NCBI RefSeq assembly: GCF_011386835.1
Contig: NC_088795.1
Span: forward strand, 72,974,001 to 73,038,000
Length of the DNA: 64,000 bases
Direction: 5' to 3'
DNA from: Chrysemys picta bellii
Taxonomy: Eukaryota
Shown: piece after piece, positions 13,871 to 26,885 of the stretch
Layout: the number at the start of each line of letters is the position of its first letter
How positions within the stretch are numbered: the stretch's first letter is position 1
Program-made: the position numbers and the translations under genes
The notes under the pieces: generated by a model
Told to the model about the DNA's origin: nothing
What the model saw: only the letters and a program-made list of their open reading frames with translations
The model's database searches: none

Positions 13871-14778
13871 TTGGGAGAGATGAAGGGAGAAAAAATAGAG
13901 TTTTCAATACAGCAAGAAACCTTGAAAGAATAAAATAAAATTAAGGCAGACAAATGCATGCTTAAGAAAGGACCCTTTTAAGGAGTTTATGCACATTTTT
14001 ATGCTTCTTTTAGCTTGTTCCCAATTGACCAACAAGATCTGCATTCTTCTAAAGGAATAATGAGTTGTGGGGTTGGGTTTTTTGACATTTTTTGTAAAAT
14101 ATGCCAGCATGGATATTTTTCCTGCCAACATTCTGCTTTCTGAACAATGGGGAAGCAGAGAGGTTAGCCCGTAGAAATGCCAATTTTACATAAACTAATA
14201 AATTGAGACTTGTCATCTTTAGCAGTTTCTTCAGTTTTATAATGGTACAGGTGACATTTTCTTTATCAATAACTTCATTAGCAGTCTAGAGCAGATGTAT
14301 CATTTTCAATATACTTGAATAATATCTAGCAATAACTGTTCAAAAACATCCATTGGAATGTTCTGTCAACTCTAATAACAGTGGAGTTGTAAGAAGTGGT
14401 TCTTTCTATTCAGATGTGTGGGTCCTGCTCTCCACTTTCCCCTATACATCTGTATCTGTGCCAAAGCCACCATACTGATGGTTTGTGCCTCAGTTTACAC
14501 ACATCTAAAATAAGTTGGGTTTGTGTTTATAAATTATTCTGAGACACCAATAGGAAAGGCTCAATAGAAGTGTAATTATTATTACCAACTGTATCCCTTA
14601 ATAATTGGGGAATTTCCAGGAAAAAAATGAAGGGAATCTTTACAATTTTTTTCAGACTTTCCCATTATAAAAAAAAAAATGTTCGAGCCCTAATAATCAA
14701 ACCTTTACCCACAGTAAAGATTTTAGAATTAGTTGTGTTTGTAAAGTTCTCGATGATGCAGAAAGTGAAGTGTTATAC

Positions 14779-15546
14779 TAGGGTTACCATACGTCTGGTT
14801 TTTCCCGGACATGTCCGGCTTTTCGGCAATCAAACCCCCGTCCAGGGGGAATTGCCAAAAAGCCGAACATGTCCGGGAAAAATACCGGCCGGGCACTTCC
14901 TCTCCCGTGGCTGCTCTGCTCCTCCTCAGACTCAGACTTCGGCTCTGTTTAAGAGCCAAGCTGCCCGAGCCAGCGCTACCGGCTTCGGGCAGCCCCCGTG
15001 CCTCCGGACCCTGCGCCGCCGGAGCAGAGCAGCTGGAGCCGGGGAGGAGAAGTGCCCAGCCGGTGGCTGGGGTCTGGAGGCACGGGGGCTGCCTGAAGCC
15101 GGTAGCGCTGGCTCAGGCAGCTTGGCTCTTAAACAGAGCCGAAGTCTGAGTCTGGGGAGGAGCAGAGCAGCTGGAGCTGGGGAGGAGAAGTGCCCGGCCG
15201 GGGGCGCAGGGTCGGAGGCATAGGGGCTGCCCGAAGCCCGAGTGCTACCGGCTTCATGGTTTGCCGGGCAGCCTCCAGACCCTGCGCCCCCGGCTGGGCG
15301 CTTCCCCTCCTGGGCTCCAGCTGCGCTGGGGAAGCGCCGGCCGGGGGCGCAGGGTCTGGAGGCTGCCTGGCAAACCGTAAATCCGGTAGCACTCGGGCAG
15401 CCCTTTTCGCGTGGCTGGGAGGGCGGGGACTTTGGGGAAGGGGCGGGGAAAGGGCAGAGTTGGGGTGGGGCCAGGGGTGGGAAAGGGGCGGGGCTAGGGC
15501 CCGTGGAGTGTCCTCTTTTTTTAATTTTTTAAATATGGTAACCCTA
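14779..15546. mobile_element. Non-autonomous hAT DNA transposon (Blackjack-like), related subfamily, inverted relative to copies A and C
   Basis: Perfect 13-bp TIR TAGGGTTACCATA / TATGGTAACCCTA. GTTATAC on both sides (14772-14778, 15547-15553), or 8-bp GTTATACT if the terminal T is shared. The reverse complement of its right end matches the left end of 10820 and 59011. Confidence 0.85.
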
Positions 15547-18280
15547 GTTATACTAACTTTGCATTGCTGCTAGTAATAAAAAAAAGTGTTGTCAATAAAC
15601 TAACCAGGTATCTTTTGAAGGACAACTAAGAGCAGTTTTGTGGAAAACCAATCAACTATTTTTCCCATGTCACTTTGAGCATAACAACATAGACAATTAA
15701 AGGTCTGTTGCCTGGAGACTAGGGCACCCTGAAAATGGAGCTAGAAAATATGGCCAGACAAAAATCAGCATTTCTGTATCAATTATTACAGTTTAAGGTA
15801 GCTTGTCTTGCATAATTTTCACAAAGTGAACTTTTCATATTTTGACAATGGTAAAAGATTGCTGATTTTATGGTTATATTGCCAATTTCTGAAACTATTA
15901 CAAGTTAAAGCGCACACAGTGGGAATGATCAGTCTAAATTAAGTTCTTGACAAAATTGAACTATAATGTCATAGGCCATGATAACCAGGAGCAGTGCAAC
16001 AAAAGTAGGAAATAAAATTTTAAAAATACCAACAGTGATTTATGCTAAAAGATATTGCACTTCACATTGCTGCTACTGTATGTGGAACTGGTGTTGGCAA
16101 TAATAAATTTGGCACTCAATGTATGCAATTATTCAAAGGATTCAAGAGAAAGCAATTACCTTAATTAAGTCATATGATGACCTCAGTTATTTAAGTTCCC
16201 AGTTTAGAATTTATACCAATTACTCAATTAAAATTCCTGTGCAACACCAATCTAGTGAAACCTCTATCTAGGTGATCAAATATAGATAATTAAATGCTCT
16301 TAATGACTCCACATCTCATATGGCAAGAGCAAGGTTTTTGTTGTTGCCATCCTTCAGCATAGCAGGATTTTCGGTGGATACATCAGTCTGATCGTTTGTA
16401 TTGGTTGCTTTTTAGACATTTATCTATCTGGCTGTTGTGCAACCACTTTTTACTCAACTACAATCCTCATTTCCTAACTCATCTCACTTTCCTATGGTTG
16501 TAAAATTAAACCTCCAGGAAACCAGATAAATTGTGATGCTCCTGCTCTCCTTTCCTCATCAGAGAAACTCTCTTAACTGATAGTTATGTCCTTGAGTGCA
16601 TTTGAATCTACAGTGGATGTAAACTCCTGCTCTTATGGCCAAATGTCTTGATCCTGCAAAGCCCTCGGCTTTGTCACTGGGGCACTGTCAACTTGATTTT
16701 TCCTCTCCAGATTAAGCGTCCTTTGAATCTGTCCATATCAATTGTTTTAATCCTTAAAATTGCATATAAGATTCTTTTTCTAATTCCTTGCTGACTTTTC
16801 TACAGCAAAGGAGAAACCAGTGAATGTAGAAGGAAATAGTAACACTGACTACCCACTATGTACTCTCAAAATCACAAAGTAAACTAACCAAAAAATACAG
16901 ACTATAGTCGACATCTTACCCTTATAGTAATCTCTTAGGTATGACTTGAACTATAAAAGCACACGTCAGGTAGACATGTGACGTTCAAGCTTATTCTGTC
17001 ATTTTATTAGCATTAAAATGGGTAGTTCCCGCAGGAGAACTCCACATTCTGAAATGTTGAGAAAGCTGTATATCTCTCTAGTGTAAATTACAAGCACGTT
17101 GGTGGAGGTGAAGTAAACTCTAAGATCTCCATGGAAACTTGCTGATTACTGCCTTTCCCACGGAAGAAAAGAGCGTTTCTGTGCCAATATATTCTTGCAT
17201 TAGGAGCAGTCTCCTGCTCAACTAAATATCAACTACAACTAATACAGTTGCTGGTATGAGAGGCCTTTGAAAGAGGCATGGAATCAAAATGAAGATAGTA
17301 CAAAAAAAATGAAAAATTCAGTGTGTCAAATATAGATCTTGATCCTTCAATCTATGTGCAGGCTGTTTTTTTATTTTTTAATATGTATGCAGAATATATC
17401 CAAAAACTCTATTGTTCTTCCTCCTTTTCAGGCAGTGCTGGATGCAAAGTAAACTTTCGGCCCCTTTCAGTCACTTCTTACAAAAATGTGTTTTATTAAG
17501 TAGAAAGTATGCAGTTTACAAAATGGCATTTTTACAACTCTCCTTGCCCACAAATGGAGCAGTGGGAACTTCTGAATTTTTTATTGCAACACCAGCCTGA
17601 GATGTTTTATACTGTAATAAAAGCACCAACTGTGTCTGTGAGGAGTAGTACTGGAAAATGAATACTTTGAGAAATACTTGGTCTGAAAGGTATTCATTAA
17701 GATTGATATTTTGCTTTAACCCCAAAGACTGCTAAAAATGTAAATGATCCATAAGTGAGATCTTAATAACTGGTGAATCAAAGGTCACATTAAATATTTT
17801 CTCAAAAAAAAAAAAAAAAAAACCCTGAAGCATTATTGAATGGTTCTTATGGGGTCGGATGCTTCTCTTGAGCCTTAAACGTATAAAAGCAAACTTACCA
17901 TTTGCAGCTCTGCTTTTCTTATGCTGCAGTTTGTTATATACCCCACAATGTACAGACACAGTGCTGATGGTGGCTAATTTGATTGATTTCATTAACCTCG
18001 GAGATATGAAATCCATATACAGGGCCAAATTTTTACATGTGTATTTACTGTATTTACAAATGCAGAATTAACACATGCAGATTCAATAATTGTTCAATCA
18101 CTTGCCCATTTGCAACTGAAGTTTAATTTGCGTGTTTTTAAAAACTGGCCTACTGTCTTAATCTACGTACATTTATGGGATATATACTTGTATATGTGAA
18201 ATAATAAAACACACTGTGATTAAATTGCATTTATCATATTCACTTTCTCTTTGCCCACTGACCCATTTATTAGATATTAC

Positions 18281-20760
18281 CAGGGCTGGATTAATGCAGG
18301 GGCTTTAGGTGCTGCAGCCCAGGGCCTCAGACTAAGGGGGACCCCAGCCCCGCAAAATAAATCCAATTATGTATATGAAAAAATGGGGTCGGCAACAACC
18401 TTTGGCACGTGGCCCATCAGGGTAATCCATTAGCGGGCTGCAAGACTGTTTATTTACATTAAGCATCAGCATCTGCAGGCACAGCCCCCAGCAGGCAGCT
18501 CCCAGTAGTTCGCTGTCCCCAGCCAGTAGGAGCTGTGGGAAGCATGTGTCCTTGCATACCCAATTTACATGGGCAATTATTGCAATTACACATGCAAAAA
18601 GCCAAAGAAACAAGAGCATAGAACAAATCTATTTTACCAGCATCTCATTAAAACAACTTCCTTCCTGATCATAATTATCATGTGATAAAATCCTATCACG
18701 TGCTATTTCTTATTGCTTGGAGCTGTGCGCCTGTGCAGGGGTTTCATAAAAATGTTGGATGATGGTGCACGTACACCCAGGGCCGACGAGAGGGTGGGGG
18801 GAAGCCGGTACAAATTACCGGGGCCTGGCGGTCCGGAAGGGGGTCCGGGGCCCGGATTCCTCCCCCCATCTTGTCGGCCCTGTTTAGCCCATCTACCCTT
18901 GCTGGGGGGCCCGAAAAAATTCCGGGCCCGGCTTCCCCGCCCTGCCCCCCCCCCCATTGGCCCTGTTTAGCCCTTCCTGGGGGGGCCCAACATTTTTTTT
19001 TCCACCGTGGCCTGAACCCGCTCTCAAACAACGGAGCTCAAAAGAGGAAAGTGCAGAAGTTAAAAACGATTCATGAGGAACAATTGTTAAACAAAATACT
19101 AAAATTGACAGGCTATTTCAGTAAACCACCAACAAATATACCAGTTATTAGTGATTTGGAAAATAAGTCAATGAGCATCATAAATCCGTGCGAGGGAATG
19201 ACAGCAACCCCAATAGACTGTTCAGACACAGTCAGCCAGCCAGTTTCGGACAAGATTGAAATAGCTGCATGTGATGAAGGTAAAAACGCAGCTAACTTTA
19301 ACCTATACAGTACGGATGCACACTGGGGCCCAATAAATGAAATGGTGCAATTTTATTGGATCACAAAAAGGACCAACACTATGTCGAAGAAAAAATTGTG
19401 ATTTTTCAGCATCTGGAAAAAGAATACAAACATCAGAAAAGGTGTTTATCGAAAACCCTCTTCACATGTACTCTTCAAAATGGGGTATCTATACCTCGTG
19501 ATTGGGTTCTTTATTTTCCATCGACAAGATCTGGATTTTTGTGTGTGTCGATTGTGAGGAATTTATAACTTTTTAATGGGACATAAGGTGCTTTCAGAAA
19601 TAAACAATCAGTTGCAGATTGCAAAGTACTTTTCAATTATTGTAGATTCCATTCCTGACATATCCCACATAGATCAACTTACGTTCATTGTCCGCTATGT
19701 GTTGCAAGAGGGGCAGATTCAAGAGCGTTTTCTTAAATTTCTCATAATAACAAGTCATACTGGAGAATCGCTTTGTAATTCGGTTTTGCAGAAGATGGAC
19801 ATTGACATAGCAAATTGCTATTTTGACTATTATGACACTGCTAGTAACATGTTGGGGCATACAAAGGTCGGCAATCATGAATTCGGGAGATAAGCCCTTT
19901 AGTAGAGTGGGTACCTTGTACAGCTCTCACACTCAATTTAGTTGGGGTTATGAGCAAGTGCTGCTTGGAGGCAAACATGGTTTTTTCCTTTGTTCAGTCA
20001 CTTTTTAATTTCTGATCAAAATCAACCACTCACTATCAAATTGTTACTGCAGGATTAGAGCCAAATGACAATAAGCGAATTGAGATGCTGAAAGCTCTTT
20101 CAGATACAAGGTGGTCTGCACAGGCCCAGGCTACAAAAGCCCTGTGGCTGAATTATGAAAATATTCAGAAATATTTCCGAAAACTAGCAGACGATCCAAA
20201 TCAGAACCCAAATACACACAACGATGCTTGATCACTAGTCATGAAAATGGACAAGCTGGAAATTGCTTTTCTTTACAACCTCTGGAACACAGTTCTGCAG
20301 ATTTCAAGCAACAAGCACTGCACTTCAGGCTGTTGACCTTGACTTGCCTAATGCTGTAAAGTTGGTAGGCTCTTTAAAGGATTTTGTGGCTGGTCTACAT
20401 GTTCAGTTTGACGGCTTTGAGAGGACCACTAAACAAATGACACCTCAAGTTTCTCAACAGTATAAACCAGAAAAGCACCATGAGCTGAAGTGTAAAAAAA
20501 CAACAGGATGAGTCTGGGGAGCTGGACTGCAAGTTGTCAGGCTGAGAGAAATTTTGTGTGGAGGTTTTCAACGTTGTTATTGGTAAACTTGTTGCAGAGT
20601 TGCATCGCAGGTATGAAGCATACAAAGAGGTATTCAGCTACTTCGGATTGATGAACAATCTTCATCTACTTTCTGCATCAGAACTACATGATTCAGCTGT
20701 TAAACTACAAGACAAAAATAGTGCCGACTTACAAGAGGATTTTGCAGATATTCAATTGGC
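18281..20760 (+). mobile_element. Decayed autonomous hAT element (Tip100/Zaphod-like), 3'-truncated
   Basis: Left terminus CAGGGCTGGATTAA, a GC-rich subterminal region, then frameshifted transposase fragments. No matching right TIR found. Confidence 0.8.
19020..20755 (+). pseudogene. hAT (Tip100-like) transposase pseudogene
   Basis: Motifs in order across frames: GAQKRK; DWVLYFPS (TTF-type zinc-finger-like); YFSIIVDSIPDISHIDQLTFIVRYV...ERFLKF...HTGESL (first catalytic Asp region); YDTASNMLG; WVPCTALTLNLVG (decayed CxxH); LKALSDTRWS; FCVEVFNVVIGKLVAELHRRY. Many stops and frameshifts. The C-terminal catalytic Glu and dimerisation region are absent. Confidence 0.85.
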
Positions 20761-21126
20761 ATGAGGTATACTGGATGATGTATTGGACCAGATCATCAGC
20801 ATGAGTTCAGTTGATTTATATCATTTTACCAAGGATCCAGGGCATTCATTTTTTTTCTACATCTAATTGCTATCTCTAATTTGTACTCTGAAATGTTGGA
20901 AGTAGTTGCATTTTTTAAAATCTCATTTTATCACAGTGGCCCATAATCACATTTTATTTGGCTTTTTATCTCATAATCCTATTACAGTTTTGGGATGCTT
21001 GAAATTTCATCATAACTCTGCACAACGTTTCTGTCTAACTTGTTCACGTAAACTTCAGACTTGGTTAAAGTGTAACTTTCTGAAAGAATGAGTTTCCATA
21101 GTTATTATTTCTGAGTATCTCCACAT

Positions 21127-22064
21127 TGCAGGTCTAGTAAGATAGGCATGGTCTAAATGCATGGATGACATGATGGTGCACAATGGAGGGATTTAGGTTT
21201 ATGAGGAACTGGGGAACCTTTTGGGGGAGGAATAGCCTATACAGGAGGGATGGGTTCCACCTTAACTAAAATGAAGCCATACTGCTGGCATTTAAAATCA
21301 AAAGGTTATTGGGTTGTTGTTTTTTAAAATGCTTTAAGGGCTGGGGAAAAGCCAACAGGTGTGGAGAAGCACACAGTTTGGGCAGAGACAACCCTAGGAA
21401 TGAATTTATTTAAGGGGGAACTCAATATCTTAGCATAGATGATAGTAAAGAAGTTGGTAAAGTACAGGTTGGAACTAGTGAGGAACAGTCGCATGTAAAG
21501 GTCCTACTTACACATAACATGAAGGCAAGTAATTAAATATTGCCCAAATGTACAAGTCCTTATAGACAAATACTAGAAGTCTCAATACTAAGATGTGTTA
21601 ACTAGGCTACTTGGCATTAAATGAGGATATTGATATAATAGGCATCACAGAAACTTGGTGGAATGAGGATACATAAAGGGACACTGTAATATCAGGTTAC
21701 AAAATAGATAGGAATGACAGCGTAGGTCGAGCTAGTGGGGTAGGTGGCACTATATATGAAGGAAAACATAGAATCAAATATAGTTAAAAAAAATTAAATG
21801 AATCAAACTGTACCATAAAATCTGTGTGGGTAGAAATTCCATGCTTGAACAATAAAAGTATAGCAGCAGTAACCTATTACCAGCCACCTGACCAGGCTGG
21901 TTACAGTGATTGTGAAATGCTAAGGGAGGTTAGGGAGGCTACAAAACCAGAAAACACAATAATAGTGGGTGATTGAAACTGTCCTCATTGCCTGAGTAAA
22001 TGTCAGCTCGGGGCATGATGCAGAGAGAAAATTTCTAGACACCATCAATAACTGATTCTTGTAG
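21127..22064 (+). repeat. About 938-bp direct duplicate of 23779-24715 (CR1 ORF1 end and ORF2 endonuclease start)
   Basis: By-eye alignment gives an offset of 2651-2652 and roughly a dozen differences. Both copies carry the same stops and frameshifts. Confidence 0.95.
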
Positions 22065-22242
22065 GAATAGCTCAGTGGTTTGAGCATTGGCCTGCTAAAC
22101 CCAGGGTTGTGAGTTCAATCCTTGAGGGGGCCACCTAGGGATCTGGGGCAAAATCAGTACTTGGGCCTGCTAGTGAAGGCAGGGGGCTGGACTCTATGAC
22201 CTTTCAAGGTCCCTTCCAGTTCTAGGAGATAGGATATCTCCA
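22065..22242 (+). mobile_element. tRNA-derived SINE with CR1-like 3' tail (tortoise Pol III/SINE type)
   Basis: A box TAGCTCAGTGG (22068-22078) and B box GTTCAATCC (22113-22121). The 3' part CTGGAC...ATGACCT...AGGTCCCTTCCA matches the CR1 tails at about 34100-34150 and 54595-54630. A SINE/CR1 shared tail is established for turtles. Confidence 0.85.
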
Positions 22243-22244
22243 TT

Positions 22245-22760
22245 CTAGTCACCTGTACAGACATATCAAAAAGCATGACCACATCATCCCCATCCTCAAC
22301 ACCCTGGCAGCAATGCCAATCCCAAACAGTCAAAACTCCTGACTCAAGCCCTAAAACCAGGAGATCAGTTTAAAAATCTGGGTTTTTTTTTTTAAAAAGC
22401 CTGGTTATTTTTATTTGCCTTTTGGTTTTCAAGCCTTTAGGGTACACGAGTCATGTTCTCAAGCATTTCTTCACATCAGGGATAGAGTTGGGGCTTTAAG
22501 AAAAAACAGAGAACAGCATGAGAATTGGCGATACTATTTACTTGGCTTCCTATTTATTTCCAGAGGCTGTTCAAAACATCCTTCATTGTTAGAAGCACTC
22601 CATGTACCAGTCTTAATCTCACAGAGCATCTTTTGATCTGCTCCCACTGCATATTGAATAGCTTCTTCCAATCTGATCTCTCCACTGTGGAGGTGAGAAC
22701 CTTTTCCTCTGCAGCTCCTGTCATCTAGAACAGCTTTTGTTGTGTGTACCTAAGCCATTC
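22245..22760 (+). mobile_element. Probable L2 3' remnant interrupted by an old DNA-element fragment
   Basis: HDHIIPIL-like reading at about 22275-22300 and GAGAACCTTTTCCTCTGCAGCTCCT near 22700, both typical of L2 ORF2 ends. Heavily decayed. Confidence 0.35.
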
Positions 22761-23659
22761 CTTATCTATGTCTAAACCTCCTCCTTCTTTACGTAGTCAT
22801 ATCTTCCTCCATATATTGTATGTATGACAGCAGGCTTTAATTTATTTGCTATACACTGCTGTGACAGAGCTCATTTGCCCTCAGTATGAATCCCTTTGCA
22901 TCACTGCAGGCTGTTGTTGCTATCTTCAGCTCCAACATCTCCTGACAGCCCCCTACCTCTGGCCTCAAGTCTTCTGCAGCTCAGATCTCAGGCCAAGTTA
23001 CTTAAGTTAGGTTATCATAAACAAGTCCAAACCAAACCTCTTGGGCTGCTGAAGTCATTTCTTCTATACTTACCATCTCAGGACTTCTCTTGCAGGAGCC
23101 TACATTGCCCCCTTTTCTCTATGTATCTTAATCCTAAGTTTTTCTCAGCCAGTGAGACCTGTCTCCTCTGCTCTCTCTCCCTCAACTCAGCTCCTTCAAT
23201 CTACCTATTATGGCTATCAGCCAGAGGAGGCAGAGCTAAGCCAATTAGCTACTCACCTCCCCAGATGCAAAGCAGGACTAATTTGGTGCATTTCCTATCC
23301 TTGCAGGTGATGAGGGTTAAACCCAATCACAGTGGCCTTTAACTGTACTGTTTTCTGTTACTTATATATGCTTCCTGTTGTCTTGTATTTCTTAATTTGA
23401 TGTGCTTTTTATGAAAGACATTATACGAAATAAAGTGGTATTGTATTTAAGATTGCAAAAGCCTGCTGATAACCATATTAAATGGCTTCTGTGTGTAATA
23501 ATTAGTACAAAATTATAGAGGAGCAGAAATCAACAGAAATATATGTTTTATGGTGGAAAGTGCAGTGTTGCTGAACTTCTTTCATGTTGGACCACATACA
23601 CTGAAGTATATAAGTGGTAGTGATTTCCAGGTGATATACCATAGATTATTTCTATATAT

Positions 23660-26600
23660 AGAATTTGCTATAGGGAAAGTATGAGAAAGGTCATGGAGGG
23701 TAAATTTAGGCTGCTAGGTAAGAAATTAAAGTTCAGGACCTCCATGGTAATGTTCTCTGAAATGCTTCCGGATCCATGTGCAGGTCCAGTAAGATAGGCA
23801 TGGTCTAAATGCATGGATGACATGATGGTGCACAATGGAGGGATTTAGGTTTATGAGGAACTGGGGAACCTTTTGGGGAAGGAATAGCCTATACAGGAGG
23901 GATGGGTTCCACCTTAACTAAAATGAAGCCATACTGCTGGCATTTAAAATCAAAAGGTTATTGGGTTGTTGTTTTTTAAAATGCTTTAAGGGCTGGGGAA
24001 AAGCCAACAGGTGTGGAGAAGCACACAGTTTGGGCAGAGACAACCCTAGGAATGAATTTATTTAAGGGGGAACTCAATATCTTAGCATAGATGATAGTAA
24101 AGAAGTTGATAAAGTACAGGTTGGAACTAGTGAGGAACAGTCCCATGTAAAGGTCCTACTTACACATAACATGAAGGCAAGTAATTAAATATTGCCCAAA
24201 TATACAAGTCCTTATAGACAAATACTAGAAGTCTCAATACTAAGATGTGTTAACTAGGCTACTTGGCATTAAATGAGGATATTGATATAATAGGCATCAC
24301 AGAAACTTGGTGGAATGAGGATACATAAAGGGACACTGTAATATCAGGTTACAAAATAGATAGGAATGACAGCGTAGGTCGAGCTAGTGGGTTAGGTAGC
24401 ACTATATATGAAGGAAAGCATAGAATCAAATATGGTAAAAAAAATTAAATGAATCAAACTGTACCATAAAATCTGTGTGGGTAGAAATTCCATGCTTGAA
24501 CAATAAAAGTATAGCAGCAGTAACCTATTACCAGCCACCTGACCAGGCTGGTTACAGTGATTGTGAAATGCTAAGGGAGGTTAGGGAGGCTACAAAACCA
24601 GAAAACACAATCATAGTGGGTGATTGAAACTATCCTCATTGCCTGAGTAAATGTCAGCTCGGGGCATGATGCAGAGAGAAAATTTCTAGACACCATCAAT
24701 AACTGATTCTTGTAGCAGTTCATTCTGGGACCCACAAAGGCAGAAGCAATTCTTGACTTGGATCTAAGTGGAGTGCAGGATCTGGTCCAAGAGATAACTA
24801 TAACTGATCTGCTTGGTAATAGTGATCATAATATAGTTAAATGTGACATCCTTTTATGGGAGAAAATACAAAAATAAAATAAATCCACCAACACAATTTA
24901 AAAAGGGGAACTTCACAAAAATGAGGATGCTAGTTGGAAGGAAATTAAAAAGAATAGTCACTAGAATGAAATCCCTGCAAGCATGACTATAGTAGATGCT
25001 CAGACTAAATGTATACACCAAATCAAAAATACAGGAGAAGGGCCAAAGGAATGCCACTATGGCTAAATAGGAAATGGGGCCAGAACACAACACACAAAAA
25101 TGGTGTTAAAGGAGCACTCAAGGAAGTCACAACCATTGAACAGAAGCTACATGAATTCTTTGCATAGGTCTTCACTGCAGAGGATAAGAAGAGGTACCCA
25201 CCTGAGAGCTATTTATTTTGGAGGGGGGTACTGTCTCAAATTTATGTCAATAAAAGAGGTTTTAGAACAGATTGATAAACTAAACAGCAATAAGTCACCA
25301 GGACCAAATGGTATTCACCTAAGCGTTTTGAAGGAACTCAAATATGAAATTGCCGAAATACTAACTGTGGTACGTAAACTCACTGAAACCAGCCTCAGTA
25401 CCAGATGACTAGAGGGTAGCTAATGTTACACCCTTTTATTTATAAAAAGGGCTCCAGAGAAGATCCTGGCAATTTACAGGCTGATCAGCCTAACTTCAGC
25501 ACCAGGCAAATTGGTTGAAACTATAGTAAAGAACAGACTTAGACAGATAGATGAACACGATATGTTGGGGGAAGAGTCAACACAGCTTTTGTAAAGGGAA
25601 ATCATGCCTCACCAATCTAATAGAATTCTTTGAGGGAGTCAACAAGCATGTGAAGAAGGGTAATCCAGTCGATATAGTGTAGTTGGATTTTCAGAAGTCT
25701 TTGCTGAGGGACCTTGTCAAAGGCTGCTTAAGGAAACTAAGTAGTCATGGGATAAGAGGGAAGTTCTTCTCATTGATCAGTATTTGGTTGTCAGGGAAAA
25801 AAGGGCTAGGAATAAATGGTCCATTTTCACAATGGAGATAGGTTAACAGCGGCATCCCCCAAGAATCTAGGGCCTGTGCTGTTCAACATATTCGTTAATG
25901 ATCTAGAAAAGGGGGTGAACAGTGAAGAGGCAAAGTTTGCGGATGATAGAAAATTACTCAAGGTAGTTAAGTCCAAACCTGACAGTGATGAGTTACAGCG
26001 GGATCTGACAAAACTCGGTGACTGGGCAACAAAATGACAGATGAAATTCCTTATTGATAAGTGCAAAGTAATGCACATTGGAAAAAATAATCCTGAGTAG
26101 ACATATACAATAATAGGGTTGAAATTAGCTATTACCAACCAAGAAAGATATCTTGGAGTCACTGTGGATAGTTCTTTGAAAACTTCTCCTCAATATACAG
26201 CAGTGATCAAACAGACTAAGAGTCTGTTGGGAACTATTAGGAAAGGGATACAAAATGAGACCAAAAATATCAGAATGCCATTATATAAATTCATGGTGTG
26301 CCAACATCTTGAATACTGTGTTCAGTATTGTCCCATCTCAAAATGATATAGTGGAACTGGAAAAGGTTCGTTCAGAGAAGAGTAACAAAAATGACCAATG
26401 CTACAGAATGGTTTCCATACAAAGAGAGACTAAAAAAAATTAGGGCTGCTCATCTTGGAAACAGACAATTAAGGGGAGATGTGATAGAGGTCTGTAGAAT
26501 CATAAATGGTTTGAAAAAGTGAATAGAGAAGTGTGTTTACCCCTTTCACATAATACAAAAATCAGGGATTACCTGATGAAATTAATAGGCAGCAGGTTTA

Positions 26601-26885
26601 ATACAAACAATAGGAAGTACTTTTACACATTAACTAACCTGTGGAACACATTGACATGGAATGTTGTGATGGTCAAAAGTATAACTGGGTTAAAAAAAGA
26701 ACTGGATAAATTCATGGCAGATAAGTCCAACAGTGGCTATTAGCCACAATCCTATGCTTGGGGTGACCCTAAACCTCTGACTATCAAAAGCCAGCAGTGG
26801 AAGATGAGTGAATCATTCCATAATTGCCCTATTCTGTACATTGTGTGGACCATGGTCTGACCCAGTATGGCAGCTCTTACATTCT
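23660..26885 (+). mobile_element. Old CR1 LINE (ORF1 esterase end, ORF2 EN and RT, 3' UTR), decayed
   Basis: ORF1 SGNH-esterase-like EGFRFMRNWGTFWGRNSLYRRDGFHL. Endonuclease DIDIIGITETWWNED. RT KSPGPNGIH, NIFVNDLEKGVNSEEAKFADD and ERYLGVTVDSSLK. 3' UTR ends GGTCTGACCCAGTATGGCAG...TTACATTCTA. Numerous stops. Confidence 0.9.

Noticed and set aside
22065-22135. Possible tRNA gene
   Set aside because: A and B boxes are present, but it continues into a CR1-like tail and lacks a proper acceptor stem and terminator. It is a SINE head.
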